Assembly: GCA_046563655.1 (NCBI GenBank)
Contig: CM102290.1
Coordinates: 14,632,001-14,696,000 of the forward strand
DNA: 64,000 nucleotides
Origin: Yuukianura sp. NJ FZ-2021
Lineage: Eukaryota
Reading direction: 5' to 3'
Part shown: in pieces, positions 1 to 13,526 of the stretch
Layout of the letters: the number at the start of each line of letters is the position of its first letter
Numbering within the stretch: position 1 is the stretch's first letter
Notes under the pieces: model-generated
Told to the model about the DNA's origin: nothing
Database searches by the model: none
Seen by the model: the letters and a program-made list of their open reading frames with translations, nothing else
Position numbers and translations under genes: made by a program

Positions 1-2174
1 TCGAAAAAAACGACATTTTTTTAGTTTTGGTTTTTTGATTATTTTTTGTGAGAGCAAGTGCGTCCAGCATCTCTTCATATGATCTTTGCAGAACAAAATG
101 CAAAAAAGTTGAAGATTTTTAGTCTCTCAAGGTCTTGTGCCCATCTGCTGGTCATAATGAATAGAAAAGACTATAAAAAATTTCAACTTTTTTTTAAATT
201 GACAATACGAAGGAAGTTTCCTTTACAATTTATAGTCGCATCATCCTCATTCCATATGCATACTCACTAGTTCCTCTTTTTGTTCACTTTTGCAACCAAA
301 AATTACGCAAAAGTTACAATTTTGAAATAGATTTTTCGAAAACAGAAAAAGAGTTTGAGAGAATTCGACAATTTCATTTTTTGAAGTTTAAGAAACAGAA
401 TTACAAGAATTTTGAGCTGTTTTCTGTCCGATCAGAATTTTAGACAGTGGTTTTTGAAAAACATTTTCGAGAATTTTTCAGAAAAAAAAATTGTTTTTGT
501 TGACGAATTTTTTTTTGTTTGGATTCAATTTTCAAAATTTTTTATGAGATGATGAGTTGGAAGTTTTTTGACGTCTGATTTTTGTCACCATTAAAAAAAA
601 CCGGTGTTCATAAAATTAAAAGTTGAAAAATCGTTGGTGTTTTATTGAACAGGTTTTTTTCAAAATGACAAAGTTGTTTTTATTTTATTTTTTTGAATTT
701 TGAACGTTTGTGCCCACTGTGCGTCCTCTATGTGACTTTTTCATGTTTCCAAGTGGGTTTTTGTAAAACTCCTTTGCATTAATTACTAAAAAGTTGCGTC
801 TCTTTTCCTCCCTGATCTTTGCGCATGATCAGAAAAAAGTATCCTGGAAGTTGGTGATCTTCTCTCATCATAAGGAAAGATGTGGTCGTCAGGAAATAAG
901 TTTTTTGCAAACATCATTTTCCCAACAATGGAACTTTTTTTTTGCAAATGGGAAATTTTTCCTTTCAGTTCTTCAGGTTTGGGTCCCTAAAAAGGAAAAA
1001 CCTTGAAATTTTTTTCTCTTTCAAAACTAACTTTTAATAGTCACTTTTCCTAAAAGAAGTTCTGGAAAAACAACTTTGAGTGACCTGTTAGGAGTTATGT
1101 AGCTGAAATTGAAAATTTGTCTACACAAATCGACCTACACTCAATTTTGTCAAAACGGATTTTTTTCTTTATGAAGGAGTTTACTGTCCAATTTGGCTAG
1201 GATTAAAGTTGACCAAATTGTTGTTGACAGTTTTGCTGTATACAAGATGGGACACGGAGTCGAGGTATGTTGCGCACAGTACGGGGTTAATGGGAACTTT
1301 TTAGAAATGGAATCTGGAATGTGGATTTTTTCAGAAAATTGAATTGTTTCAAATTTTCCTTTGGAAGTTGAATTTTTAAATCGGAAATTTCGAAATTTGG
1401 AGAAGGAAATGTTGAATATGGAAGGAAAAAAGAGATGGATAAAGCGCATGCTTCTTTGTTTCCACTTTTTTTCGTAACAATAAATGCCTCAACTTCTTTC
1501 TTTGTGTGGCTCAACAATGAAATTTGGCAAACCTACGCTAAACCATTTTTTGTTGTTTCTTCAAGGCCAACCAACGCACGTTTTCCTGTTCAGAGTCTCA
1601 GTTTTTAGTCAATTCCTATCCAAATCCCAATCTTAAAGTTTAATCTTGTGCAAAAAGTTTATCAGGTTCAAATTTCGCGCCTAACAAATAACTTTGTTTT
1701 ATTGGTTGTAGGAATTTACGATAGCGCGTGTGAAAATGTTCAAAGAGAGGGTTGTTACCCGCTGTTTATGGTGACAACTTTAGCAACTTTTTAAAATTTT
1801 GCGAAAAGCATTTTTTGAAAATAATTTTTTTTTTGAAATGTTGACCGGATCTGAGTCTGTGCTAGGAATAACGTTATTTCCTTAACTAGAGGAACAAAGA
1901 TACTGCGAGTCAATTACTTTTACAAAAATTAAGTACATTTTAACGACTCTCCAAATCTTTTTTTCTGGAAAATGACTTCCTTAATACAAAATCCAGCAAT
2001 GAATATAAGTTGCATGGAATTTTGGAATTTCAAAATTGATTTTTCGAAATTTTGGATATAGTAGTTTATTTACTTTTGCGAGAAATTTGTAACTAGTTGG
2101 CCTTAATGCTAAGTGTTTACTTTAGTAAGGGGTTGAGGAGGTGAGGTTTTTAGAAGATTTGAGAAGAGTATTGG

Positions 2175-2458
2175 CAAGGTTGCCGTAGCGATGAAATAGT
2201 TTTCCTTTAACAGGTTAGGCAATGATTCTTGTTTTCGAAAAATCTTGAGTCAAACAATTTTTTCTACCTTTTTGTGCTTTTCTACGTTGAATTTGCCAAT
2301 TCAAAAGCCATCTCTCCGAATTTTTTATTTCAATGTACAATACCAACCGCGATTGAAACTAGGTGAATTCAGTTTTGAAAATGTTTTGCAAGAAACTTAA
2401 AACTCGAGTCATTGCCTAACCTGTTAAAGAAAAAGTACTTGTTTGCTTATCCACCTTG
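2175..2458. mobile_element. MITE family A copy 1 (CAAGGT...ACCTTG termini, 8-bp TSD; P-element- or hAT-like non-autonomous element)
   Basis: Perfect TSD AGTATTGG at 2167-2174 and 2459-2466. Termini CAAGGT/ACCTTG. Subterminal inverted repeat TTTAACAGGTTAGGCAATGA / TCATTGCCTAACCTGTTAAA. Related copies at 47962 and 55285. Confidence 0.85.
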
Positions 2459-5400
2459 AGTATTGGTGAGTTTGTAAGAAGTCGGGTTTGGAATCAGGTG
2501 AAGATAACGGCTTGGCCACAATTCCCGTTTTGGTATGGTTGTGGCGGAAGTGACCTTTGGTGGCTCTGGGTGGTTCCGTGTTGGACCCACCAAACGGATC
2601 CACCCGCTGCCCCACCTTGGCTCGCAATCCAAACAAAACCATCTTCATGTCAAAGGAAATTAAGGCGACCAACACCCAATCTCCACAACACTTCCCGTAT
2701 TCTATTATATGCTAAGCAACTTCACATTAACACAACGGCAAAAGGACAATTTGGTCAACAGGAAAAACCTCAACAATATCTTGACATTTCTTAATTTTGC
2801 CATTAAAAAGGACTTCTTTTATAATAGAAATTTAGTAACATTTGGTCGAATTTGACGAATTCGGAGTTCTCGTCGTAGTTTTTGTATCTGCTATGCTGAG
2901 GGGTACATAGCTTTGTGTTCGTTTTTGCATGTAGAGCTGCTGGTTGTTGATCATTTTGCTGTGTAGAGTTTTTTGAAGTTGATGAAATGACTGAGGAAGT
3001 GTTTGTGAGGAGTTGATGTCTTCCCATTCTTCACGCCCTCACTCCAAATCTTTTGCACTGCATTCTGGGAAATGTGTACAAAAAGTTCTTGACTTCCTCT
3101 GATTGTTTCTTTGTCTCTACATTTTGTACTTTGGACAAGTTTCCGTTTTGTAGCAACTCTAATTTTGAACAACCATGAATACATTTTTAGAAAACTACAT
3201 TTTCAAAAAACTTGAACTGTTTCAAAAATCTAAAACTAATGACACGTTTACGGGGAAATATGCTTTGAAAAAGGAATTTTGTTTAAAACGATGAAAAAGG
3301 CCAGATTTTTGGTGGATACCGAGAATTCGGGTTTTAAAAAAATGACAAAAGGGATTTCAAATCCTGCCTGTTTTGTTCAAATAGTTCAAAAAATTTTTGA
3401 ACAAAAGCTTTGATCCTCCTCTTTTCAAATTTTTGAATGGAATTTACAAAAACCCTTTGCTAAAACCTGTCTTAAGGAGGTTAAGGTTAGAGTACGCTCG
3501 AAAACACAAAATTAAGCTATATACTCAAGTTCAACTTTTGAATATTTCAAAAAAAATTTGAAAATTCAACAATGAAAATCATGTTTTTTGTAGAGTTTTG
3601 AAAGGAACAGGATAAAAAATAGTGTGATGAGGAAACAAATTTGAAAGGAAGTTTTTAATTTTGTCACTTACGGTGTGAAATTGCGCAAATTGGTAGTTGT
3701 TAATTGCAATTGCAAATTGGGATTGAAGAGTGTAAGTACTAAGAAGTTTTTTGTGAGTTAAATTAAAGATTTAACCTTAAGGAAGACGTTAATCTTGCTT
3801 CCTAAACCCCCCCTTAACATGAGGGGGTTTGTGTTAAGAGGAGGTTGGTGTGGGGGGTTTGAGTGTCGTCATGGGTAGGAAGTGATTAGACCTCTTCTAT
3901 CTCTCCATGCAACCCACAGTTCAACTCAAGTCGTCGGAGTGGTTATACCCCAAACAGTGTCCCACAATCTGTCCAGACTCTGTCCCACAACAGTCACCGT
4001 GGACACTTTGTCACCAGTGGCGACATCGGGAAGCGACATTGGGCACGGGCAACTTGTTGCTAGGTTACAGTGAGTGGCCTAACGTAAAAGTTAGCAAGTG
4101 AAAAGTTAAGGAAGAGTGATTGTTTTCGAAGAACCTGGTGATAGGGACGCCGAAGAGTTAAGGACGGCGCGAGCTCAATTACGGACGGAAGGACGACGCG
4201 AATTTTAGGACGGAAGGACGGCGTGAATTTGAGTTTTTAGGACGGGCTTAACTGTGACAAAAGTTGAGGACGCGGGATTTACTGAAGTTAAGGACGAGTG
4301 ATACTGGAGTCAGTTTTTTCAAGTTTTTCAACTTGAGGAATGAAAAGTTAAAGACATTTTAGTGAAAAGTAAAGGTCGGTTCGGACACTTTTAAGAACGG
4401 CGGGAACAGTTAAGGACGATTCGCACATTGTGGTGAAACGTTTTGGAAGTATTTTTGAGATTCAACGGAAAAGTGAAGAAGTTAGCCTAATTTTGTGTTT
4501 TGGAAGCTGTGCTGACGTATGTTAGTGGATTTCCAGGAGTTCCAGGCTGAGGTTAGTCGTCACCTAGGAGCTGTAGTTAGTTAGTTAACTAAGTAGTGGT
4601 TAAGTGGTAGTTTGGGTGAGGGGAGAGGAAGCAGGGAACTGCATGGAGAGTGTTCATGGTTTCCAGTAATTAATAAAAGAGATTCCCATTCTACTTCTCC
4701 AGACCTGTTTCAAATTAGTTACTCCCGCAACAACTGAATTTTATTCACCCAGGTTCCAGGGGAAACAATTAGTAAGGTAAAGTCAGTCACTCCAGTTGTG
4801 CTAACTTAACTTCTTTTGCTGGGGTGCTCAGTAGTTGATTTGGATGGAAAATTTGAAATTTTGGATTCCTGGATTTTGAAAAGTTCAAAATCCTAAGAAA
4901 AAGTTGAAGAAAAAGTTCAAAAAAGTTGAAGAGTTCAAAACTTGTGTTGTAGAATTTCGGTGTTTGGACGCTACGCGATCAGCTGACTTTAAAATACGGT
5001 GGAAAAGGTACAGTGTGCACCCGGCTTTACTTTTTCGCCTACTTGAAACTGTTTTGTTCGAAAATTGAAAATTGTTTTGTCACTTTTGAAAACTAGGGTT
5101 TAAAATTCTTCAGTTTTGAAAACCTTATTGCCTTGACTTGATTTGGAGTTAGGGTTAGCCTAACCTTAACAATTTCAGCCTAGGTTTACGAAAATGAGTT
5201 TGAGATCAAATTTTAGAATTTTGGATCAAAAAGGAACGAAAGTTTTGAACTTTTGGTGGTACATTCAGGCGGTCATACGTCATCAATAAGTTTCGTTCTT
5301 TTTTTTTGAAAAAGTTTAGTTTGAATTGGTTTTTAGATGAAGAATCAAATGGCGTCAACGTTTTTTTATCTAGGGAAAGAACAATTGATTTGTAATCAGA

Positions 5401-8400
5401 TTAGGCGACACTTGACACAGGGTTTAGGTGTCAGTTGATCCAATTTTCACACGTCTTTTACCACCCAAAAATTAAAGTGTTATGGAAATTCTTACAATGA
5501 TGGTGGGTTATGCCTAATACTGTTTGGCATTTGGATCACCCTGGAAGTGACCACCCAGAGACAGGTCAGAGGTCAAATTGAAAATGAAAGTGACGCATAC
5601 GCATGTCAATTGGAAGAAGTGAGAGTGAGTAAGCTTAGTTTTGTCCAAAGACGCTTTTTATGTTTCCTTTTGTGTCATAAAAGTTCTTGGAAAAAGAAAT
5701 ACCACCGACGGAGTACTTAACTCTAAACTTTAAAAAAACTAGTTTTAGTTTTTAAAAATTAGAACCTGAAACGCTGACTTAAACTTTCATTCACTATTGT
5801 TCTTTTTGTTTAAACAAATTTAAAGTTTGAGTACTAATTTGAAAATGTTAGTAAATTCAAATTTTTGATTAAGATTCAAGTTTTTTTTGAAAACCTTCAT
5901 GGTATAAATTACACTTTAGTGGGATTGAAGATTGGATCAGAAATTTTGTTCATTTCAATTAAAAGATTACAAAAAATAGGAAAAACACAATCGGAGTTGG
6001 AAATTTTTCGTTAAAATTCGTCGAAATTGTAAAAAATTGGATGAATGAAAAATCTGAGAATTCAGTTAGTTTGATACATTCAGTTTCAAACTGGTTTTGG
6101 CCATTCTAACTTTGCTAACTTCACCTTAACTTTCAAAACGTAACGTAACATAGTTTTTGATTCACTAATGTTAATGTTAACTTTGAAGTTAAAGTTAAGG
6201 TTTAGCCTAAAAGTAGAAATAATTTACGTGATTATAAAATTTTCTTTCATTTTGAATTTAAGCAGATACGTACGGAACTGCCTGTACGAAAAATGTAAAA
6301 TTATTTCATTGAAATTCTTCATAATTTGTTTCTTTCTGAAAATTTTGTATTTAAATTTGGATTTTTGTAAATTTTGTGAATGATGGTAGGAAAGGATTGA
6401 GTCGTGTGAAATGTGCTGCTTTTGTGTAATGTTTTGGAAGTAGGTTAACTCAATTAACTCAAAATTGAAACTGAAAGTAAACAAGGATGTAAACTGCATT
6501 TTTATGAGTCTACAAACAAAAAGTGAAGTTTTGGGTAAGTTTTTGTTAGTGGAAGCAATTTGTTACAAAAAACAGTTCCTAATAAGGATTTTAACACCTA
6601 AAAATTACCATTATGAGTTACCAAATTTCTGTTCCTCTTCCTGCTTATACTGCGTTACTCCACTTTTCGCTTTGTTTGCATAATCGGGATAAAAAGAGGT
6701 TTTTAGCCAATAGGAAACTAAATTACAAATTCAGTAGCCGTTTTTAACTGTTTCTTTTTAAACTGATTTCAAAATTCTAAATTTTCAAAAAAAAGTTGCC
6801 ATTTCATCCGAGTATGAAATATTAACAATAAAATGTGAAAAGTGCAGCGAAGTGTTTCAAACTCAGAACGGAACATGCTGTACATTATTATAGTCGACAT
6901 TGGAATGATAATACTGCATCAAGTTTTATTCATTTTTGGATTTTTTTCTTGAAAACGTTCAATTTTTTTTAATTTTTGGAAATTTGAAGCTGCTTAAGCA
7001 TAAGTTTCAACTTACCGTTATCATATTGCAATTCAAATTCAAATTGAAAATCTAAAATTTCAGTAAAAGTGCCGTACGAATTGTTTTGACTTTTAGAATT
7101 TTGAAGCTTTAAGCCCATTTTTCACACTGCCTGTTCAAACAACTGTTAAGCTAATTTCACACTCTCCCATTTTTTTTTTGGCGTTTTGAGGAAATCAAAA
7201 TCGTTTTGGCGTTTCAAATTCGAGAATTTGAAATGTAATTTTTGAAAGAAGCTCTCAAATTTCAACATTCAGAAAGCTTTGAATTCGAAAATTCAAAGGT
7301 TTTTTGAAGTTTTCATACGGAAATAGTTGTTAGTGGAATTTGAATTGGTATTGTACAAGGCGGTTCATAATGCGAACAAAGAAGTGGTGACATGGCAGTT
7401 TAGGAAGTGGGAAGGAGGGAGCATTTGAATTGACAATGGAGGGAAGCCACAAAATGTTGGATCGTACTGTACATTAGAGTTCAGGAAGGCATGGGATTTA
7501 GTTCGTCAAGGTCAAATATGATTCTAGAGGGAACTTTTCCGCATCCCACCAACAACAACCATCATCATCATCATGAGAAAAATCTAAATAGGGAAGTGGT
7601 TAGACTTTTAGTCTCACAAAAAACTGTGGATTTGTGGATCTCTAAAAAACTAACTCTGTACTTTTTTCTTGCCTTTAAGTGTAACTCGTGCGTTAAATTT
7701 TGTTCCTTGGTCTGCAGATCATAAAAATAGTGTGCTCCAACCTTAACAGTTTTAAAGGAGGCGCCAAAAAAAGATGGTTTGAGGAAGAAGATTTTTTATG
7801 AACTTTGACCCAATTTCTTGCGTAGAAGTGCAGTCATGGCCCAATAACTTCAAAAAGATTCACTGTCTTGATGGTTAAGAGGAAGAGATTCCTTGTGGGG
7901 GGTGTGGGTACGAATCCGGCCTTGCCAAAAAAACGTTTTTTTTTCTGTAAAGTGGAGTTTTTAATGTTTTAAAAAATGTGGGAACTTTTCTCACACGGGA
8001 AATTACGAATCGTAACTCCAATTTTTTTTGAAAAACGTAAAACTTCCGGTTGCCAAACTGTTTTTTTGGAGTTATTTTTGGAGCGCCACCGGAAATTTGG
8101 TGTTTCAGTTTTATCTCTTCAATTTTGTATGAAAATTTGAGAGTTCTAAGAAAAGTCGGTCAGAGCTTTTTTGATCCAAAAGTGTTTCAGCACATCTTTT
8201 TTTTAACTTGGTTGAAATTTTGAAAAATTGGAGGAATTTTTTTTTGAATCTGTTTGAACAGGAGTAATCTTAGAGGAAGTTGTAGTTAGAGGAAGGTTTT
8301 ACAACTTGAATTTTTTCTGTTTTCATAAGGATATGTTGCTGTTTTTGGTTGCTTCTGGTGAAGACAAGTTTTTTTTGATAGTGGTTCATTTGCTCTCGTT

Positions 8401-9094
8401 TTTACACTTTACACAGGAAGTTTAACAAATGATAAGAACATGAGTATTTTCTTAATTCAAAATCAAGAGTTTAGTATACTTAAAGGTAATGTGGTTTTTC
8501 AAAACGGAGCCGGATTTCTCTGGAAGTGGATTTTTTTTTTAAAAAAGAGAAAAAAAAACGGATTTTTTATTTTTTCGAAACAGGATTTCCAATGCGGTTA
8601 GAAGTGGATTAAGAAACGGCAGGAAAGAATTTGCACAGTTCAGTTTTGGAAGTGAGGCAGATTTTTTGAATAAACCTTTTCGAAAGTTCATGGTTTTCGA
8701 AAATCCAGTTTGTTTTTGAATTTATTAGTCTAGTCCAGGTTAGTTTTTTGGGTGTTTTTGAAAATGTTCTTGCAGCTTAGAACACTTTGAGTTTAGTTTG
8801 GGAATTTTTTGAAAATGTCTCTCGTTGAAATTTTTCATAGTTTTTTGATATTTTTGAGTAAATGGATTTGTGATATGGCGGGAAAGGTTAATAAAATTTG
8901 AAGTTTAAAAAATATGAATCCATGGTAAACTGATTGTTACTGTGTTTTGTGTCCCTTAGGTGAAGAGCGTATCCGGTTCGGAGCGGAAGGATTTTGGAGA
9001 AAGTGTGTGCTAAAAAGTAGAAGAGGGAGATAAGTCGGAGTGAAGAGCGGAAAGGCGGATGAGAGGGGAGATTGAGTGTGGAAGATCCGTTCGG

Positions 9095-12000
9095 ATGATG
9101 AAAGTGCCGCCGCTGAGTCTCGTGGGGATGGAACGCCTTCCGCTTCCGCTTCCCTTCAGCCCTGAACTGCTCTGGAGATATGGACCAATGGGGGCTGGAG
9201 CGCATGCGCCGCAGTCCCCATCCGCAGCCGCTGGAGCACTCTCCAACTCCATTCGAGCAGTCGCCTCCTCTCTCCCCTACTCCCTCTCAACGCAACTCCC
9301 CTTCGCCTACGACATCAAGCACACCATACCCATTGCCCTCGGTAAGCTCCCGTCATGTCTCGCACACTTACGGTACTTCTACCAAAAAATAGGAATACGC
9401 CAACATTTATGGTACTACCAACTCCAGTCACAATGGGAACAGTTACGGTACTCCTACCAAAACTAGTCAAAATGGAAACAGTTACGGTACTGGCAAAACT
9501 AGTGACTGTGAGAACATTTACGGTACTGGCAAAACTAGTGACTATGAGAACATTTACGGTACTGGCAAAACTAGTGAACATGAAGGGTTCAAGAGCTACC
9601 GTTAGATAGTTTTAACTCAAATGTAGGAACTTACAACACGCAACCTCTTGACCTTGAAATATGACGTTGAACAACTAATCAACGTTAGGTTTAGGTTTAA
9701 GTGTACAACTTTCAACGAATTTTGAATTTGTCAAAATTTGAGATCAACGTTTCCGCTTTTTTTTTGTAACAAGCGAAAAAAAATCTATTTTTGTGACTTT
9801 GTTTGATTTTTTTTTGACTGAACTGACTTTGTTTGATATTCACACGGAATTTATCTTGAGGAGTGCCGTGTTGAGCAGATTTTTTGAAAAATGGAATTTG
9901 TAAAGATTTTGAAATGAAAGTTGTTACTGGTACGAAGGAGTAAGTTAGGGAAGTAACTGGTTTAAGCGGATGAGGCCTTGAGCTTGGTTTAAAATTACCG
10001 TAATGTCCTAGGTGGATAGACACGGAATTGAAAGACGAAAAATAAGGAAGTGATTCTGGCGATTTCCAAAGATTCCGGAAGGCAAATTTAATGCACTTCA
10101 ACACAATTATGCGGGAAAACACTTTACTTTTTAGGAAATTTAAATTTAACGCGGCGGAAAATGAGGAACTTCATGCAGAAATGTCGCATTTAGCTATTCA
10201 TGGAATTAATTCTGCGCCTAAGCGATTCCTATTTTCCACTTTACACAAAATTTTGTAATGTTTTTTATATAGCCTTAAACCTAACATGTTATAAACTAAA
10301 GTTAAGTAAAATTTAGTTCACTTAATTAAAGTTAGTTAAAGTAATAATACTCAAAGTAATTTGTTGATTTGCAGCATCTGATCCCAGATTGTGGAGTAGA
10401 GAAGATGTGCTCACTTTTCTGCAATGGTGTGAACGAGAGTTTGACCTGCCAGCATTTGACACGGACCGATTTCAAATGAATGGTAAGTCACTACTCAATT
10501 AATGTTGACATTGATGCAGGGTCAAAGGTCAATCTTTACTGTAACATTGATTCTAAGAATTAGACGAGTTTTGGAGTATATTCGAGGAAATACGGTAAGC
10601 CGACTAATAATTTGTGCTTGGAATTTGAATCTGATAAAGTTTCAGAATGTACCGTGCGGAGATAATTTGAATGTTTACGGTAGTTTGGGTTGAGGTGAGA
10701 GATGAGCCAGGAGTCAAATGGTTTCCTATAAGTTAAGTAATGGATTTGTAGTTAACTGCTCCTAAAAGTTGCCCAGACGGACGTACAAAGAAGGAAGACG
10801 GAGGAATTTACATATTTGGCAAACCACTTTTGTCTTGTCAGGAATTGAATCATGAAGAAATTTAACAAAAACAGGTTTTTCCCAATATCGGTTCCACCTC
10901 GCATGAACTTTTCCCTGTTTTTTATATTGGGCTTCTTCTTTTCTTTTAAATGTCTCGCACGCTGGCGTTTTCTTATAATTTTTAAATCTTAAGTTCCCAT
11001 TTCCTGTAGCTTAAACTTTGCAACTACCCGGAAACAGAAGGTTTTAGCATTCCTGTGCTCAATGTCTTAAAAGTAAAGTAAATGCGCAATTTACAGTTGG
11101 AAATTGAAAGCTAAACTTATTTTGCTAAAAAACTTGAAAAAAAAAATCAGGTTTGACCTTTAGACTGCTGACATCCGAGAGGTGTGAAAATTTTTAAATT
11201 TTAAATGATGATGCTCGTGTAACTCTAAAAGTCAAAAGCGGGAAATCAAAAAACACGCTGAATTTTAAACATGTTTTGCATAGCATCAAAAAAAGCTTGG
11301 GTCGAAAATGAAAAATGAAGTATTTTTGAAACGAGAATTTGTAAAGTGCTGCTCATAAATCTTGTTTTTTTCCGGGTTGATGATTGGGAAAGTCATTCCA
11401 GTTCCAGGAAGACAAATTCGTCAAGTTAATTAGCCAAGTTTTGAGTAATTGAAAAAAATTAAGGAACTGAATGACACTACACCAGATTTGAGTAAGAGAA
11501 AAAAAATTTAGAGTTTGTGCACAAGTTGTGTTGATTTTTGTCCAGAACCAGGAAGTGGATTTCACAATTTCCCAAGAGAGAAGTGTTTAGTAGGAAGGAT
11601 TAGGATTAACTAACTAAAAACATAACTTATAGGTTAGCATAGTTTTTTGTTATGTTTTTTAGACTAACTTTTAGACCACTTTAGGAGTAGAATTTTGTGG
11701 AACTGAAATGTTAGCTTTGTTGTCGTCACTGAAATAACAAAGGAAGTGCCACTTTTCACACCTCGGATATGTTATTTTAGCTTTAAGAGTGGTGGAAAAG
11801 GGAGTTACAATTGACCTTTGACCTTGTGACAACATTTTTGGAGTTGACCTTTGACCTCGTGACCTGTACTTGACATGTCACTTTTTATTTTCAGGAAAAG
11901 CTCTGTGTCTCCTGACGAAGGCAGATTTGGAGCTGCGAGCCCCCTGCTCAGGGGATGTGATTCACAATGCGCTGCAACTTCTCATGAACTCATCGGCCGA

Positions 12001-13526
12001 CTCACCCCTCACCCCCCAGACGCCGTCCTTGAGAATGCCTTCAGTTCCATACAAAGGTCAATCACTTCTGAAAAAATAAAATTTTGAAAATTTTTGGACC
12101 AAGTTTTAACATTTTTTGAAAATTAGGTCCTTGGTCTTTGGCTGACCTACACTACACGGCAACCCAGCAGAACGGAACGACATCAGTGACGCTGAGTCCG
12201 GCTCCATCTCTGGACGGGCAGGGAAGTCCACCGGAACACGGAGTGAGCACTATCCAATCAAATCATCACATGTCATCGTCCCCCTCGTCCTCCGGATCTG
12301 GAGGTGGCAACAACTCAGACGACTCGGAGTACGACAGTGTCGGAGAGAGTCCCGAACGGTCGCCTGGCAACCACTCCCCGCCCCCGCTCCCCCAGCAACA
12401 GCAGTTGACCAACCTAGTTTTGACGGGCGGGAGCACCTCTGCCTATGGCTCAACGGCACTCAACCCGCCCGCTCTACCCCAACAGGGTCAGGGTACTGGT
12501 GGGCGGGACGTCACTAGGAGTCCCATTGTCGTCACTTCTGGTCAGACCAGTCCCATCACCAAGTCAGCAGCCTCACACTCTCCACATGGTCCCACCAAAA
12601 GTTCCAGCAACAGCGACGCTGGAGAGTACAATAATAGTGAGTGAAAATTTGAAAAAATTATTGAAATTTTGAAAATTTTTTGTCAAGAATGTAGTTTTCA
12701 TATTTTGGGTTTGGTTTTTGTAGATGGAAGGCTCCTGTGGGACTTTTTGCAGCAGTTGCTGAATGACCCGTCGCAGCGATACAACAGTTTCATTGCCTGG
12801 AAAAACGTTGAAACCGGTATTTTCAAAATCGTTGACCCGCCGGGTTTAGCCCGCCTCTGGGGAATCCAGAAGAATCATTTGTCCATGAACTATGACAAAA
12901 TGTCAAGAGCCCTTCGATATTACTACCGTGTCAACATTCTCAGAAAAGTCCAGGGAGAACGACACTGCTATCAGTAAGTCAACACCAACAAATTATTTCC
13001 AAATACTACCATATTTATCGGCGTATAACGCCCGCGATATCTCCTGTTTTTGTGGCAACAGGCAAACCATAAAAAGTGTTTCTTCAAAAATTTGAATTTA
13101 GAAAAAAAATCTCAGAAATCGTCCAAATTCCAGGGCAAAACCCTCGTTTATTTTAATGTGCGACATATGCCGATAAATAGGGTAATTATTCCAAGTTTTA
13201 CTGGACTAATTGATATTTTCTGACTTAGATTTCTAAGAAATCCTGGAGAATTGAAGAGTATCAAGAATATTTCGATGCTGAGACACTCTCCTAGTGGACC
13301 AACCGCCACTGCCAAGGCTGGAACTCTGTCCTCATCCTCTTTTCATGACGAAGAGTACATGGACGACGACTTGCCAACTGACTTGAGCATGGACTCCTCA
13401 GAACGACATCTCAAGGAAGATGACAGTCCGACTGACCTCAGCATGGACTCGGAGAGGCATCACTACAGTAGTATTAAGGAGGAGGGAGACTACTATGGCA
13501 GTGGACTCAAGGAGGAAGTGGACTAA
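9095..13526 (+). CDS. aop: ETS-family repressor Yan/Pokkuri (TEL/ETV6-like), SAM/Pointed + ETS domains, spliced
   Basis: Exons ~9095-9341, 10375-10482, 11895-12056, 12127-12636, 12724-12973, 13229-13526 join in frame at GT-AG. N-terminal [21 protein letters not shown] domain [42 protein letters not shown] domain [46 protein letters not shown]. An in-frame upstream ATG exists at 9059. Confidence 0.9.
9366..9578. repeat. Intronic minisatellite, ~36-bp unit (TTACGGTACTGGCAAAACTAGTGACT(G/A)TGAGAACAT), degenerate at the 5' end
   Basis: Near-identical units at 9482-9517, 9518-9553 and 9554-9578, with diverged units upstream. Explains the repetitive spurious ORFs 9315-9581 and 9355-9609. Confidence 0.85.
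13009..13182. mobile_element. Tc1/mariner-type MITE (TA TSD) in the intron after the ETS exon
   Basis: TA|CCATATTTATCGGCGTAT ... ATATGCCGATAAATAGGG|TA: terminal inverted repeats flanked by TA. Confidence 0.7.

Noticed and set aside
4140..4420. GGACGG(A)AGGACG short repeats, possibly an LTR or mobile element
   Set aside because: No termini, TSD or second copy seen. Similar GGACGA runs occur near 52910-52980, suggesting simple low-complexity or UTR sequence.
58..8900. Many 60-110 aa ORFs upstream of yan
   Set aside because: Low-complexity F/K/L-rich translations of AT-rich DNA with no recognisable domains or coherent exon chain. Probably regulatory DNA, introns and untranslated exons.
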